Positions 1 through 15,600 of a stretch of 64,000 nucleotides of DNA are shown in pieces. Source of the stretch: Phoronis australis (taxonomy: Eukaryota; Animalia; Phoronida). The stretch covers positions 1,316,362 to 1,380,361 of the forward strand of contig NMRA01000007.1 of the NCBI GenBank assembly GCA_002633005.1, in the 5' to 3' direction. The notes beneath the pieces are model-generated. The model was not told the DNA's origin. It saw only the letters and a list, made by a program, of their open reading frames with translations, and did no database searches. Position 1 is the stretch's first letter. Each line of letters begins with the position of its first letter. The translations under genes were made by a program, and so were the position numbers.

Positions 1-623
1 AATTTTTTAGAGGTTGACTACCATATTAAAATTTTGACCAAAGATTGTTTCATGCCAGCTGCACAGCACGAATCATAGCAATAATGAAGTAATCTTTATA
101 TTAAAAAGTAGAACTTCCTTGCATTTATTTTTGTTTAGAAATATACGACAAAATGGAGTTCCACATTTCCGCCAAAGAGTATGCTAAATTAGAAGTAAAT
201 TACTGTACTCTTTCACTACGAGTCACACGTGACCAGCCATAATTGCTTTGTAAAGACTCCTCCCATAGTAGTAATGCAATACTTGCTTGATATGAACAAG
301 TTGTTCACACATAACAGAAGATGGTAACTTATTGTGGGAAACTCCCGGATAACCATTTCCTAATGCTGCTCATTCATAAATCGCATCAGGCCACGTAAGA
401 GCATAATAGTGACTTCAGAGAATAGTAAAAACAAAACAAGACGGTAAAAGCAAACAGAATCGGCAAGCATACTTCGAATATAATTCAGGCAGAGTAAATA
501 CAATGCAGCCAGTTCGGCGATCTTGGGTCCTGTGCTTGCTTCTTAACCATTCTGCAAACTCGTGAGACAGGCTTCCTGCATACGTCAATAGTCACAGTGG
601 TGGGCTGGATGTGGAGAGCTATA

Positions 624-3600
624 CTAAATGTCTACAACCATTTTCTTGTGAACATCTAAACCACCAACAACCTGCAAATAACAAGTGTGGAAAGGTTATC
701 TTTCAATCAGGTAGGTTCAAAAAAGATTCCATGCTCACAACTAGGAAGACTCTTGTGTACGGTAAAACCTCACAAAATGACTGACAAGTGAAATTTTAGT
801 TTTTCGTTTTTCATAAAAGGTATGTCACATCCAATGAATGCCGTTTCATGCTCAATTTCTATACCATAGCTACTGTTGGACAATATTTTGAAAAAAAAAC
901 ATGGACATTCACAACAAAGTTAAAAGCATTAAAAGAATGAAAAAAATTTCACAATTATTTTTGTCCCAAAATGATGATATTTTACCATAATACGAGACTG
1001 ATTTGACTTGATGTAACATTTGTATGAAGAATAATTGACACTCTGAAAAATGGCAGGCTAAATACTTCAAGTTTTCCACAACTGTATAGTTATGTGTGAA
1101 GTACCTTATAGGCAATTTTTGACGAGTGAAAACAATGCGCAATCTCACATTAATGGATGCAGTGGCAAGAGACAATGCAAAAAAAAATCCAAACCAAGAC
1201 TCAAAGATGGTACAGGATCCGTGAACTCATTACCAGGAAGAGTCCGTCTATTCCCAATAAGGATTGACTGGTAGTTGCAAGTCACACGTGACAAGAGAAC
1301 TGCATGCCACAAATGAATTTTCCAGGGTGAAAAATTTCATTTTGCACGATACACTTCTCCACAGGTACTAGACATGTATTGATTTTTGTTAATGGTTGTT
1401 GCGAGCATAATTTGCAAGATGGGAATTGCTTTTACAGTTATGACAGTTCCTAAAAGCAATTAACTTTTTTCATTCTCCAAAAATTTCCAATGCACAAAAA
1501 CTCTCGTTTTCCAGGTTTTCTAAGTTTTACAAAATGAGTGGCAACCACATGCAAGGACAGACATACTGCACATTATGGCGTTATATATTACAAANAACGC
1601 CGGGGTAAGAAAGGAATTTGCCGCGGAAATTTTATATCAAATCCGATTTTTTTTACGCGGAAATATAAAAAATGCGTGGACAGAACATTTGAAAAAAGCG
1701 GAAATCCGCGTTTCCGCGGAAAATTCCAAGCCCTGATAGCTACTGTTGGACAATATTTTGAAAAAAAACATGGACATTCACATCAAAGTTAAAAGCATTA
1801 AAAGAATGAAAAAATTTTCACAATTATTTTTGTCCGAAATTGGTGATATTTTACCATAATACGAGACTGATTTGACTTTATGAAACATTTGCATGACAGG
1901 CTAAACACTTCAAGTTTTCCACAACTGTATAGTTATGTGTGAAGTACCTTATAGGCAATTTTTGACGAGTGAAAACAATGCGCAATCTCACATTAATGGA
2001 TGCAGTGGCAACAGACAATGCAAAAAAAAATCCAAACCAAGACTCAAAGATGGTACAGGATCCGTGAACTCATTACCAGGAAGAGTCCGTCTATTCCCAA
2101 TAAGGATTGACTGGTAGTTGCAAATCACACGAGACAAGAGAACTGCATGCCACAAATGAATTTTCCAGGGTGAAAAATTTCATTTTGCACGATACACTTC
2201 TCCACAGGTACTAGACATGTATTGATTTTTGTTAATGGTTGTTGCGAGCATAATTTGCAAGATGGGAATTGCTTTTACAGTTATGACAGTTCCTAACAGC
2301 AATTAACTTTTTTCATTCTCCAAACATTTCCAATGCACAAAAACTCTCGTTTTCCAGGTTTTCTAAGTTTTACAAAATGAGTGGCAACCACATGCAAGGA
2401 CAGACATACTGCATATTATGGCGTTATATATTACAAAACAAACTTAAGGCAAGCTTTTCAAAATCCAGACTACACGCACCGTACAAAATTCTTCAAATGA
2501 GATCTTCCCGTCGCCGTCCGTGTCGGCGAGTATAATAGTCTTGTCTACGATCTGTTGGAGCTGTGCGTCCTTTAGGTTGTTGCCTACCATCATCTTCAAC
2601 ACTTGGAACAGCTCCCCGTTGGAAATGTAGCCATCCTTGTCCATGTCGTAGATCTTGAAAGCAACTGGAGAAACAAGGCAGCACAGGTCACCATCGGTGC
2701 CACTCGAACTGTGTGTTCATTTCCAGGAAATCATTTTCCTTTTGCACGAGTTATTTTCCCACCAGTAACCCTTCCTAATCATTGTAGTGAACAACAGATA
2801 CGTAACAGTATGCAACAACTCTAGATATGAATATTAAAACGAGGCTTTTTCATTTATTTAATTAGGGTAAAGGAAGCAAGAAAATTTTCTATAGTCGTTT
2901 AAAATACTGAAGTCTATTTGAGCTTCGGAAGGAGGTGGGTATAACTTAGCTATGTGATCAAAGGCTTGCACAACAGTAACAAGTGTGTCTTCCACAGCAA
3001 AAGCAGAATATCTTACGACAATCTAATAAATGGTAACGGCATAACACACACTCCAAGTACCAGAGGGTAAAAACTAAACAAATTTCAAAGCGGCAATGAA
3101 CTCGTGCTCCGTCGAAACAAATGTAAATTCTAGACCACTTACTGCAATAATATTGATCTCAACTCGGCGAATAAAATGACACGCCACTACAAGTGAACTA
3201 ACAGAGTCTGATCTTGAACAATAACGAACAACCAATACTTTCGAAGCCCTAAAATCAACTTCAATTTGACAGAGGAGCAATCAGAGAGACCAATTTCATA
3301 ATGGTACATGGTCTAAATCAAATGTCGCTTTTTCTGATGGAAGTGGGTTAATAACCACTTTGAGTTTGTGAAATTGAAAAGAACTCACTATCAAATTTAT
3401 CAAATCACACTTCTACTGAAACTTCTCGTATCCAGTGAGAAAATCATATATCACGGCATGAATATTACGAATTTGACGCAAGAAAAATATTCAGGCAAAA
3501 CGAACAACATGGACTCAAAACAGCCTTTATGACAATACTTACACCGTAGCTTTGATTCTTTGTCACCCTTTACACTAAACTGAGATACACCTTCTATGAA

Positions 3601-6600
3601 TTCTAAAAAAGAAACCGATGACATGGACATTAACGACATACAATACACCCTACTGAGAATCAACAGAGCAACTGAATCTGAAATGTAGACATAACACGAC
3701 TACTCAACAATATCTTTCTTTGGTAACAAAAGGCACGTTTTTGTGATGACCTCACCAATGACGGATGTTCTTGGTAGTAAGGGGGAAATAGAATCCTACC
3801 ACAGTAAGGAATAGCACGGAATTGATTTTACAAGAGAAAATGACCTCGTTCGATTTTCGTTTTTAGCCAACTAAACCGGGCAAAATACAGCTTTAGGGCA
3901 AAAACTCATACACGAGTATAAGCAAGACATGAGGAGGCAGCATAGTCTAGCGTGATACGTGCTCAATTTCTTTACTCGAGATCGTGGGTTCGAGTCCCAC
4001 TGGGTCACACTAATAAACCCTCGAGTAAGGCTTCTAGGTACTCAGCTCCATTTTAACTACATATTAATGCAGCATAAACATAGTTTCAGGTGATCAGTGG
4101 GCCAACATGTGCGGCCTGCGCATGTCTGGTACAATGTGTATCACATTGCCTGTAGTTAATTTTTTAAAATAGGCAAAACATCACTAGTGGGTGCTGAAGG
4201 TGTACAGGCAATGTGCCTACAATGGGAATACTCAACTGATTTTGAAATTACTTTTTGATTGATAAAATAAAGCATACTAAAAATATGTGCAGAAACAATT
4301 ATCTGTGAATAACAATAAATACAATGCCAAAACTGCAGTTATCCCCCTATCAGTCTTTTGTCCCAAATATGCAGATTATCGGTCACATGACAAAAAAAGT
4401 TATGACCTTGGTCATAAGGAAACATGGCTGTCAAAGCCCGATTTATAACATGTAGCCAAATAAACTGTACTGGTAAGAGGATTTAAATTTAATTTAATTT
4501 AATTTAATTGCAAGAGCAGAAGATCAAAGAGCATCAAAAAAATACCCAAGCTTATTGACAAATAAGTTTGAACTTGTTGGGCTGTCTGGTTTTCTGTATA
4601 TTTTCTCATAAAAGTTACTGCTATTTCCCAGTGATAACTGACGGTTGGAGAGTTAGCCATGTACTAACCTCAAATTGACTTATCGCCAGGATTTTGAGTG
4701 ACGGCTAAACTGACCAATCAGAACACAATTCTTGACACATCTTCGTTTCCAAGCCACCATTTTAACCGACAACCAACACGTAGTCGGGTAAAATTTATTG
4801 CTTGTTTGTCGACTTTTCGCAAGGGGCGGAGCTTGCGATGGGCCAATAACAGGACTATAGGTTCAGCATAGCATTTACACAAGTGTTTTCTTGCGTATCA
4901 CATAAGCATTCATGAACGGACATGAGCATGCGCAAACTGCAAGTAGCGGCACTACAAAGAACATTGGGTATCTTCAGTTACCACAAATGACACACGATTC
5001 TTTCCAAAATGCATGGCTGCTCACGTTTACTTTCACCTGCAGCACTTTTAAACTTGCATTTCACCCTGTTTAGCTAGCCAAAAAACAAGAAACAAATTAC
5101 ACCTCTTACTCTCATAAAATCAAATTCTTTACCGTGAGAGTGTTCCATTTCCATTACCAACAAGAACATTGAAACCATTAGCAACTTCGAAAATGGTGCA
5201 TATACGCATTGTTTATGACTTACTGATGCAAAATTTTGTCAAAAACGATTTGACATTGATTGTTAGATAACTTCTATCTGTATTTCTTGTATTGTCTAAA
5301 AATACTCTTTGTGTGCAGATCGCATCCGTGCGGTAGCTCCCTAAGCGACATCGTTAAAGGAACTAACGATAGAAAAACTGTTTTAAAAAAATTATGATAT
5401 CACTATACTTTTAACGAAATATGGATCAGAGAGGCACTACAGACAAATTTTACTAAGTTATTTACAACTTAGAGTTGGAACTATCAGCAATTCAAGAAAA
5501 TGACTCGAGTTGGTAACAGAAAACAAATTCCTACCACGGCAAGGAATGTTATGAGACTGGTTTTATGAAAGTAACAGTTTTAATTCGACTTTCATTTAAA
5601 TTAGCCAGACAGAGTGAAATGCACTTTTAACTATGAATTAGTAATTCACTAATAAAAGCTGTAAAATGCTGTCGGCAACACCAAGGAAATTTCTTGGTGT
5701 TATGCTGTTAACATGCATATTACATTTTCAATGTTTCTTCATTTTTGTACACTTGTAGTAACAAGAAATTGAAACAAAACTACCGTAGCTCTTCAATTTT
5801 GCTGAAATGGACTCTGTCACGTTTTCATTAATTGTACATAATGTTTTTTTCATTAAGAAACATTAGGTACCTTTAAAATCTACTTCCCCGTTCCCGTCTG
5901 TGTCGAATATTTCTATGACTCGCTGGACTAGAGGATTTTGCTGTAGTTCTGGTAACGACATGAACTCCTCGACGCTGAGAGACCCCGAGTTGTCCAGATC
6001 AAGCTTCTTGAAGCGTTTTCCTAGTCTTTTGATTTCATCAGCATCAACTGGAAAAGAAAACAAAGGATGTTGAATGCACAAGATTTGATTTTACAAGGAA
6101 TTGCAAGCATTTTTGACGCTACTTTTATCAAAATGTATCTCAGAGTTTATGTGAATGGCTCAAGCAAAAGGCCCACATCTTTTTTTTAAAATATTTATTT
6201 TAACAAAATAATGGAAATTAACAAAACAAATTAAACCGCTCTGAGCAGAGGCTCTAGGTGAAATCGAATGAAAATTTAGTGGTGCAGTAGACAACGGCAC
6301 CAAGAACACCGACAACCCCATCCCCGACGCCTGTTGCACCAATGCAAAGTAAACCACTAAAAAAAGCATTGAGGAAATTAGTTAATAAAAGGCAGTCATC
6401 AAATCACAATCGGAAAATCTTGAATAACTCGAGAACGCTAAGTCCTAGAGAAAAACAAACTGCAATTGAAATAATCTATCCACAGAAAAAAAATCAGAAA
6501 ATCCCACCAGAAACAGCAGAGCCATGACTCTGCAAACCAAAAAAGTGAAAAATGGCCGCCACTGCGCCATCTTGCATTCTGATTTCAACCAAAAACAATA

Positions 6601-9600
6601 GGCTTTGAGCACTTTACGATGAACATATGTGCAAATTTCACCCAAATTAGATAAGAAATGTACCTGCAGCGTATGAAAAAGCAACAAATGACTAAAATTA
6701 CATGACAAAGCAAAAGACTTGCAAGACAACGTAATGATGAGGAAAAACATTCACTCACTGACATCAATTAAACTTTTTAAATACTGGGCTGTGGGTGGCC
6801 CTTGAACATGTATTTAATAACGTACTGTGCAAGGGTTAAGATTCATTATGATTGCTCAATGGAAGTGAATGGAGAATCAAACTCTGCATGGTTCCATGGA
6901 CAGTATGGTACACATGCACCAAGCAAACAACTATGGAGAATGTCTATCTAAAATAATCGAAGATCAGTATTTTTACTGAAGGCAGCATCAAGAACGGATG
7001 CTTTCCCCTTCAATGTAAACATCAACAGAATATAAATTTTTCATTTTAAGGCATTTGCATTCGTAGAAATTGGTTTGCATTTCATAATATGTCTATTCAC
7101 TGCATCTTCTTGTCAGGAGTCACAATCATGAAAATTAAAAACAAACCTTTTTGAAGTTGAGGTTTGGTGTTTACTCAAAAACATTCATTCGAACAAGTAA
7201 CCAGAGAGTTAAAAGAATACAGTAACTCTCCACCTATTTTACATAAAAAATTCGCCAAAATGGTCATTTTTCAACTTTTCAAAAGCTGCCTGCCTTTTTG
7301 CAAATAAAGGGAGTTACAGCAAATATTGTTCTATGACATCTACGCACTTTACTTTTGCGGAGAAATTTAGTAAAATAAAATTTCACATGTCAGCCATTAC
7401 TGTGCGCTAAATAAGAGAATACGGTAGATCCAATACTCTCCCAGACGACTATGAAAATATTTTATTTTCACGACTACATAAATGAGTACCTGATTTCATT
7501 ACAGAAAATTGACAATAAAGAAAGTTTAAAAATAAAGTACTCAAGACATTTATATAACAGTTTAGCAATTCAGAAGTACATGAGAAAAGAAATTGTTCAT
7601 GTCCCTGTGAAGTGTAGGAGGATTCAGCCAAGAATTTTCTTGTGTGATTACAAAATGCAGCAGACTGGTTTCAAAACTACCTAGTTCAAGTTTCATCACT
7701 ACAACGATCTCTCAAGATCCATTTGCATGTCTAGAATATTTCCTCAACAGAACCCGCAACCTAACCTCACAATCAAGCCACCATAGTTTCATTGCAAAGC
7801 TGCTGACGGCATACGTAAACTAGTCTATAATTGTGTCCCAAAAGAAATTAGAAATATCGTAGTGTCCCAAAAGGTAACCACTTTCTTCTCAGAAAAGCAT
7901 GAAACAATCAATTAAGTTGACCTCACTGCATCAACCCCTTGGCTATCCACAAATGCAATTCATTATTTTCTGAGAGACATAATGACAGTGGTCTCCAGAG
8001 CAGAAAATCAAACCTAGGACTGGAATTACAAAATTCATGTAGGTGTTTGAAAGCCTATGTCCATACTGTGGGGAGCTTGTGGGTTTTAAAGTCTTGGAAT
8101 AAATTCATTGAATTGGTATCAAATGTCCAAAATATCCTATTTTGCTTAAAAGGATACCAAACCTGGTTCTAGCCTACCAACAGATACTAAAATGGCTTTC
8201 CCACCCAGTTCTCTGAAACAAGATAATGCTCTGTAACCCTCGACAACCCTCAAAAGTTTGGAGGAAAATTTGAAAACTCCTTTCAAAGTCTGTTAAACGG
8301 GCAAGCGCAACCTACGCTTCTAGCGAATTACATGGCAACTGTGGGGAAAAGACCACCTACCAAGGACGGTAACGTCAATTTTGTGACACAGGAGTATAAG
8401 TTTTAAATTGACTCCTGCGGTTAATTTGGAAGATTGCCGCCAATAATGCATTAGCAGATGACAGAACGAGGATTGGTGGAAACCACCACAACAGGGTTTA
8501 ACATCCTTTTAAGAAACGACTTATCTCCCAATACGTGAAACTGGTAAAAGACTTCAAACTTTACAACTGTGAGTAACACAGTAAGCTAAAATCATGACAG
8601 CATAATTCAAACTTGACGCAGTGACGAGTCAAAACAGGTTGTGGAGGACACTGAATCAAGAGAACTGGCCCAATATCCAGGTAATGCTAAAGCAGCATTA
8701 AACTTGTGGTTTCTGCCAAAAAAATTGGGATTTAGGTCATTTATCGTAAAAAAATTGATCTTGCATTGTTCCATGCAATTGACCTCTGGGCTCCAGAATA
8801 GCTAACAGTTACTAATAACTAACATAATCAGGGCCTTAAAAGAATTAAAGTTCGTTACTTTTTCAGACAAAGCGTATAGTTTTAAGTCATGGTGATCTGA
8901 AATTTTATGACACTGGTTTGAAAAATAACAAACTTTCAGTTCTTTTGAAGCCCCAGAGTCATCTCCAATTTGACTAAGGAACAATTTGAGGCCAGTTTCA
9001 TCTTGGTAAGTCGCCTGAATCAAAACTTGTTTTTTTTTTGAGAGAGAAACCACAGGTGTAATGCCACTTTAAGTGCACTACGCTAAACCTGCCACGCACT
9101 AGAAGGCACGTACCGTAAGTGGCAAAAATCAATGACCACAGACTTTTGTTTCATATCATGTAAAGCAGATCATGCGATATGTTAGCAACTGTATCAACAA
9201 GCTCTCCATCATGTGGATAAACTGAGGCAAAATCAGGAAACTTCCATTATCATTCTTCAATGACACATGAGATGAGCAATTGATCAAAAGAGCTCAACAC
9301 AGTTCTGCTGGTACCTAAAAACGAATAGATCTAGCAATACGAATTATCTTGAACTCTGTACCTCTAGATAATGACACACAACATGTATAAAACCCTGAAA
9401 GATGGCAAATAAAGTGGGCTATCTTTGGCTAAAATTAAGATCTAATGATTCAACACAATGTATCAACCACCTACGGTAAAATCTCACCAGTTTGGTACAC
9501 AACACGGTGGACAAGTGAAATCTCATTTTTTCTATAAAAGATGTGCAGTGACAAATTAAAATTTTTTCGTATTCAAGCTCTGTACAATAGCTACCAATAG

Positions 9601-12600
9601 ACAATATTTTAAAAAACTGTGGGCATTTGCACAATGTTAAAGCTTCGAAGCAATTGGAAAATGGTGAGACTTTTTAATTTTTTTTTTGAAACGCCAAACG
9701 AGTAGTCCTAAACCACTGACAGCTGAAAACACCAACATGGTACATGCTGTTCCCATGGTTACTATAATTCTCCATTTATTTGATGTAAATATACATACCA
9801 AAACCACAATTTTTCAACTTTTTGGCTCCTCACTTTTTTGGAAATAATGACACCTAAGCCCTGCAAACCATGTTTGTAATATATTAAAGTGTTCTTAATC
9901 TTTGCTTTCACAGAGAAATTCAACAAAACAGAATTTCACTTATCAGGAATGTCAGCTATAATGCATGCTAAATAAGTGAGGAATTACCTTGAACTTTATT
10001 TTTGGTTTGTGGAAGAAATGAACTAAGAAAAGGGGAACTGCACAAAATACCCCACTTTACAATGAGACTTGAAAATTGACCAACTTAACTGCTGACTTTC
10101 ATGCAATGTTCAGACCTTGAAATTAGATTATATTATGCAACGATTTATAATAAGAAAACCTTGTGAGTACAACACATTACCATGGTACCTACAGTAACTA
10201 TAGTCAAATTACCATGGTACCTACAGTAACTATAGTCAAATTACCATGGTACCTACAGTAACTGTAGTCAAATTACCTTGGTACCTACAGTAACTATAGT
10301 CAAATATAACATGCCTACATTTTGAGAACCAGTTAGATGCCTAGTACTGAGAGGAGGATACTAGTTATCAAAATGTGGGCACCTTATATCCGACTATTAT
10401 CTACATTTGTACCAAGTAGCTTTATAATTTCGTAATTAACTTTATTGAACCTGAAGGCCTCCGGCCCATAGTACAATAATATCAAAACATACAAAAGTAC
10501 AAAGACGTTTGCATAACTGAAATATGTATGTCCAGTTTATCATCTATGCTCATAATATATTTTTCTGGTTTCGCCAGGCATACTGCAGGTATTAGACAGG
10601 TTGAGCACTTGTGAGATGTCTTGCATTAACCCCACGAATGAGCAATTTTTAAATCCAGGAATGAACTTGTCTCATAAATCATCGTATAAAATAGTTTGTA
10701 ATGATTACTATTCAACACATTGAATACTCAGGTAGTTCTAATACAGAATCAGCTCCAAATTTTCAGTTTGAAAAATGTCAAAGAAATAGAAATCTTGGTG
10801 GCCTTCTCTGTTGACAGAGTGTTAAAAATTAACATTGTGTGCATAATTATCCGTTAAAGGCAACAGTATCTAACAATACGGGCAATTTGGCCACACAGTA
10901 AGTTACTAATTGGATTGACTTTGTATGGGAGATGAGAATGAGAAAGGGGGAAATCAATAATCTACTTTCATGCAATACAGAGACGAGGGGAACTGAACAT
11001 TAAAATCCCCAGTGACAAGCCAGTTGCAACAGCTTGGTGCAGGGTGGTAAAGGAGTGGTAAACTGGCGTATGTCATCCATCACAGTAGAATGTGGCAATG
11101 GCCACTGAGGCTGACAGCACTGGACAAGATTAAATTAAGGGCAGAAGGGCTGCAGACAGCTGATTGGGTCTATTCAGTAAGGCAATGGGTGAGAACTGGG
11201 CGAAAGCAATCCTCTACATTTTACCAAACAGCAGAAGGGATAATCCAGTAGATTTGAGAATCATCATCATGCATGTGCTGTGAAATGTTTGGTTAAGGTT
11301 AGCCAACCGCTAGTTGCTGTTGTCAAATTTCTCAACAAAAATCCCTATAGCCATATTTACTTTGGTTTGAGCATGGTTTATAAGGCGTAGCTATTACCAA
11401 ACAATATTTGGTAAAATTTTGAGCATTGACGACCAGGTGGTAAGCCTTTGAAAAAAGGCAATTTTAGCAATTATTTTTGCCATAGATGTTGAAAAATTTT
11501 GCGAGCTCATTTCACAAAATCATTGTCACACCCTGTGGTTCAGCGGAAACTAAAACAAGATGTTTGACTGATAAACTGTATTTGTTCTAACTGGTCTCCG
11601 GTAAAAATATGAAATCGATACATGAATTAATTCAGGTGAGACATAACTGAAAAATATACCTGTACGTTTCAAACTGTTCTCGAGATTTGACTGAACTACT
11701 CCTACTACTCCTACTCCTACTCCTACTACTACTACTACTAATAATAATATTAATAATAACAATACCCCCATGATAATATGATATAACATTCATTTGTTAT
11801 GAATACAACAACTGAACAGCATTAGAAAACCATGAAAACTATTCCATCCCTTATTATTCCACAATGTGAGTAATAAAGCACAGTTGGTGCTTGGCAATTT
11901 TAATAGGGCACAAAAAGCAGACAAAAAATACCTCACTACCTGCAGTACATTGTTAATTAATAACATAGTTTAGAGCCTATCAAAAAGTATGCATCTTTCC
12001 AAAATCAAGGTGAACCAAGACCAACAAGTTACCAATGCTGGGTATGGTAGTCCTTTAAATTTACAATGTTAATAACGAATTCTAAAGTTCAAACATGCAT
12101 TTAATTTTTTAAAAGCTCAATGCAAACATGACTGTTACTGATCCATGACGGACACTATAAGATTTGGTTCACCGAGCTGTATAGGTGTTGGCAAATGACC
12201 TACGGACAAGCTTGGAATGCCGGCTGGTATTTTCTGTGCTCATTTCACGAATAACGTCATACATTTAAGATGTGACACTCTCTGACAGCATCATTTGAAA
12301 ATGTGACTGAATATCTATGAAGAGCCTAAAGTCTTTCAGCAGATAATAGGCAAAGTAACCACACATAATCCATACACTACAAACGCCACCAGGCTGACCA
12401 ACTGTTTTCTATCCTCAATTTACTCATGATAAAACAAGGGAGCTTTCTTCGTTATCACAGTCACTCATCGGTGATTTACCCACACGGGGAGAACACAGGA
12501 GAGAAGTCTCTAATTTCATCCAGGCAAAAAACAGCATTTATGCAAGTACAACGAACGACTATTCTGGTGCCGACGAAATACCAGTTAACAAAAATCTACC

Positions 12601-15600
12601 ACCCTGCTTTTGAGCGGAAAAAAGACAACGTAAAACCATTCCAAGTTATAGAAATGCAGATACAGCAGAGGACTGAAGAAAACAAAGCAAGTGAATGAAT
12701 TGTGCTTTGTCACGGACAGCAACATTACTGTCAGTCACACTATAATCATTTTGAAGTGTGCTTTAAAAATATCTTCTTTCACAAGTTACTTAGTAGCACT
12801 CAAGTATAAGCTACTGCTGCACGGATATGGCATGAGTACCACAAGTGTCTTTGTAAACTTGGATCTAGATCAAAGAAATTCATGGCACATTAGTACATCT
12901 AACATAGTTACTGTTACTTCCGTGTTTACGCTCATATTCAGCTGTAAAATGCCTACCTCCTTATGTTCAAAATTTCTACTTATCAACGGCTTCACATGCT
13001 TAAATTAGAGCAAAAAGCAGAGTTGGCTCTGCTCTGTGTTTTGTTTCGAAATCGAGTCAGTGGTATTGTATTTTTTTAGCTGCTCACTTTTTCAAAAAAA
13101 CGAAAACACATCCAAGAAGAGCAAAAATGGTACTGGATTTTTTACTCATTGCTTGGCAAATCATAGCATTTCAAACCTTGTTTATGTGCCTTTGTGTAGA
13201 TTTTGAACAAAAACACGAGACCTAGGCTGAAATTGGTGTGGGTGTTTTTAGTTGGTAAACGCTGGTCTCAAAATGAGTCAGCCAGTCAGGTAAAGACCAG
13301 AACTGTGCCTTTTTTTACCTCATTCACCCACCCTTAATTTAGATACCTGTAAGATTTCACAAAATCCGTATCATGTAAAGCCATCTTTGAAAATCATTAC
13401 TCAGGTTCATGTTTCCAGGTGGGACAGTTAGTGTTCCTAATTACTCAAGATAAAAGCATATGGAGATGACTGATATCTTCAATGGAAACATTCAATAATA
13501 CCATGTAAAGCATATGGATATGACTGATATCTTCAATGGAAACATTCAATAATACCATGTAAATTTAAGTTTAAGCCAAAGTTTACCATTATGGCTTGAC
13601 GACTAATTTAGCATTGTATGAGACTTCAATGTTCACTAAAGCCGCACTTACAAGAGAGACAGTAGTCACAAAGCAACTGAAATAGAACAGCTTATCGTGT
13701 GAAAGCGTGTTTGTAAACACGACACTGAGCAAGTTGACACCGCAGCGACCATTTTTGACGTCGGTTTGAGAGGTAGAACAAGTTGCACTCGACCAATTGC
13801 TCAGGGTGATCCGCTAGCATTCCATGAAGTTTGGACATTCGCTATTGTTTATGCGAGCATAACCAAACAGTCTTCGTGTGAATGACTCATGCTGATCCAG
13901 TTTATGAGCCGATGTCGTGTAAATGTGACTTAAGCGGAGCATGTCGTGCCGCGACAACTCGCACCATGACAACTGTTCCCCCGTGTATAGAATAGCTCAT
14001 TGCATATGACGGAGTGTGCGACCCTAGATTTATGCCCTATACGTTTTCTCCAGGAACGAGATACCATTAAGACCAATGTACCATATTTGAGTAATTTGTA
14101 AAATACATGTACGCTCTGCGGTATTCCTCTATTTTGTCTACAAAACAACCCATCCACGAAAAACGGCCTTTCAGACTGCCATCAGCATTTTCAGTTTCCG
14201 AGTGCGGTAAAAATTATTCAAATTAGGAAAAAAATCATTGACAAAATTGCCACACTTCTATTTTTCAGAGGCTCACCAAATTGTTGCCAATGCTCCAAAT
14301 TTTATCAAATGGTGTTTGGTAATAGCAACACCGTGCAAACCATGCTAAAAGCAAAGTAAGTTGTCCTGAAAAGTTATATTTGTTGAGAAGTTAAACAAAA
14401 TTAAATTTTATCTGTCCACCATATTGTGTTACAAAATAAGGAATGTTTACTGTAAGCACTCACCAGTTCTTAAAAATTGCAATGGGTCTATATTTTTTGG
14501 CTTGTTGTACCTGCTGGTAATTTTCCAAAAAAAACACACACGGCACAGATACAAAAATATGGGTAATCATGTGATCGATGCTTGTCCATATTGTCATGTA
14601 CATATTGATGTTTGTCCGTAGTGATTATTCATATACATAAATCTAATTAAAATGGGTGTGATATCTAAATTACTGTGCACAGCAGCATATGGTTAAGTTT
14701 CCAATTCAAGGAGCATTTGAACTATTTAGAATTGAAGATATATCAATTAAGAGGATTACTTTCAAAGTCAACATTAAAATGAAAGCACACTAGAGCAAAA
14801 GTACGTTATAAATAATAATGATAATGAATGAAGACAAAAATGGTAAAAACACAGCAAAATTGAATGAAACACAGTGATGATGATGACAGTGATGACGATG
14901 ACAACAAAAATTACCAAAAAACATAGGCCCGTACAGTAGATGGTAAACTGACAAAAGAGCAGCAAAGAAATGGTCAATAAAAGAGCAGCCTTCTGAAATC
15001 TCAAATAACTCGCTGACAACAAGCCACATCGCCGTGCATAATAGATGATAATTTCATGACCTGGACCCATTGCAAAAGAGAGTTACACACATTATTAAAC
15101 AATATCAATAATTTTCGCTCCACTACAAAGTTTACTCTTAGTGTCAATCTTTGCTCAAAGCACAAGTTTTCACCAAGCACAAAAGTCAACTGAACACCCA
15201 TCCAACACCGGATACGTTCAAACTTACGCGCCGTTCACACTCAGAGTTAACCTAGAACGAGACACTCCTGGAACGAGTTGTCGCTAGGTTTAGGCACCTT
15301 ACTCCATATTATCCAGGTAAGGTAACTTGTTCTAGGATAACTTGATCCGGACCAACAATTTGCTGTGGGATAAACTTGCAGACATGGAGATGTAATGACC
15401 AGCTGCACGCTTGCTCAGTTACATCACAGATTATAGACAACAGATTCGCAACTCCGACATTTTCTTGCCCACTATCCTAGAGGAGGTGCCACTCTCCTAA
15501 ATTACCAATTTCAGTTTCGGGTTAGTGTTTTGTGACAGGAAATTCTTGCATCTATTTTACTGTCCAGTACAACGAAAAAAAATAATTTCGGCATTAAAAC

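Noticed and set aside
1092-2117. Two near-identical 60-aa ORFs suggesting a small gene pair
   Set aside because: A by-product of the intronic duplication; no coding features.
3933-4010. Possible tRNA gene
   Set aside because: A and B boxes are present but there are no consistent acceptor or anticodon stems; treated as a SINE head, as are 60200-60386 and 62620-62717.
10177-10304. 32-bp repeats of CRISPR-like length
   Set aside because: Contiguous head-to-tail units with no spacers, in a eukaryotic intron, and no cas genes.
14774-15070. Hydrophobic or His-rich ORFs
   Set aside because: Produced by degenerate (GAT)n-like simple sequence; no family resemblance or splice support.
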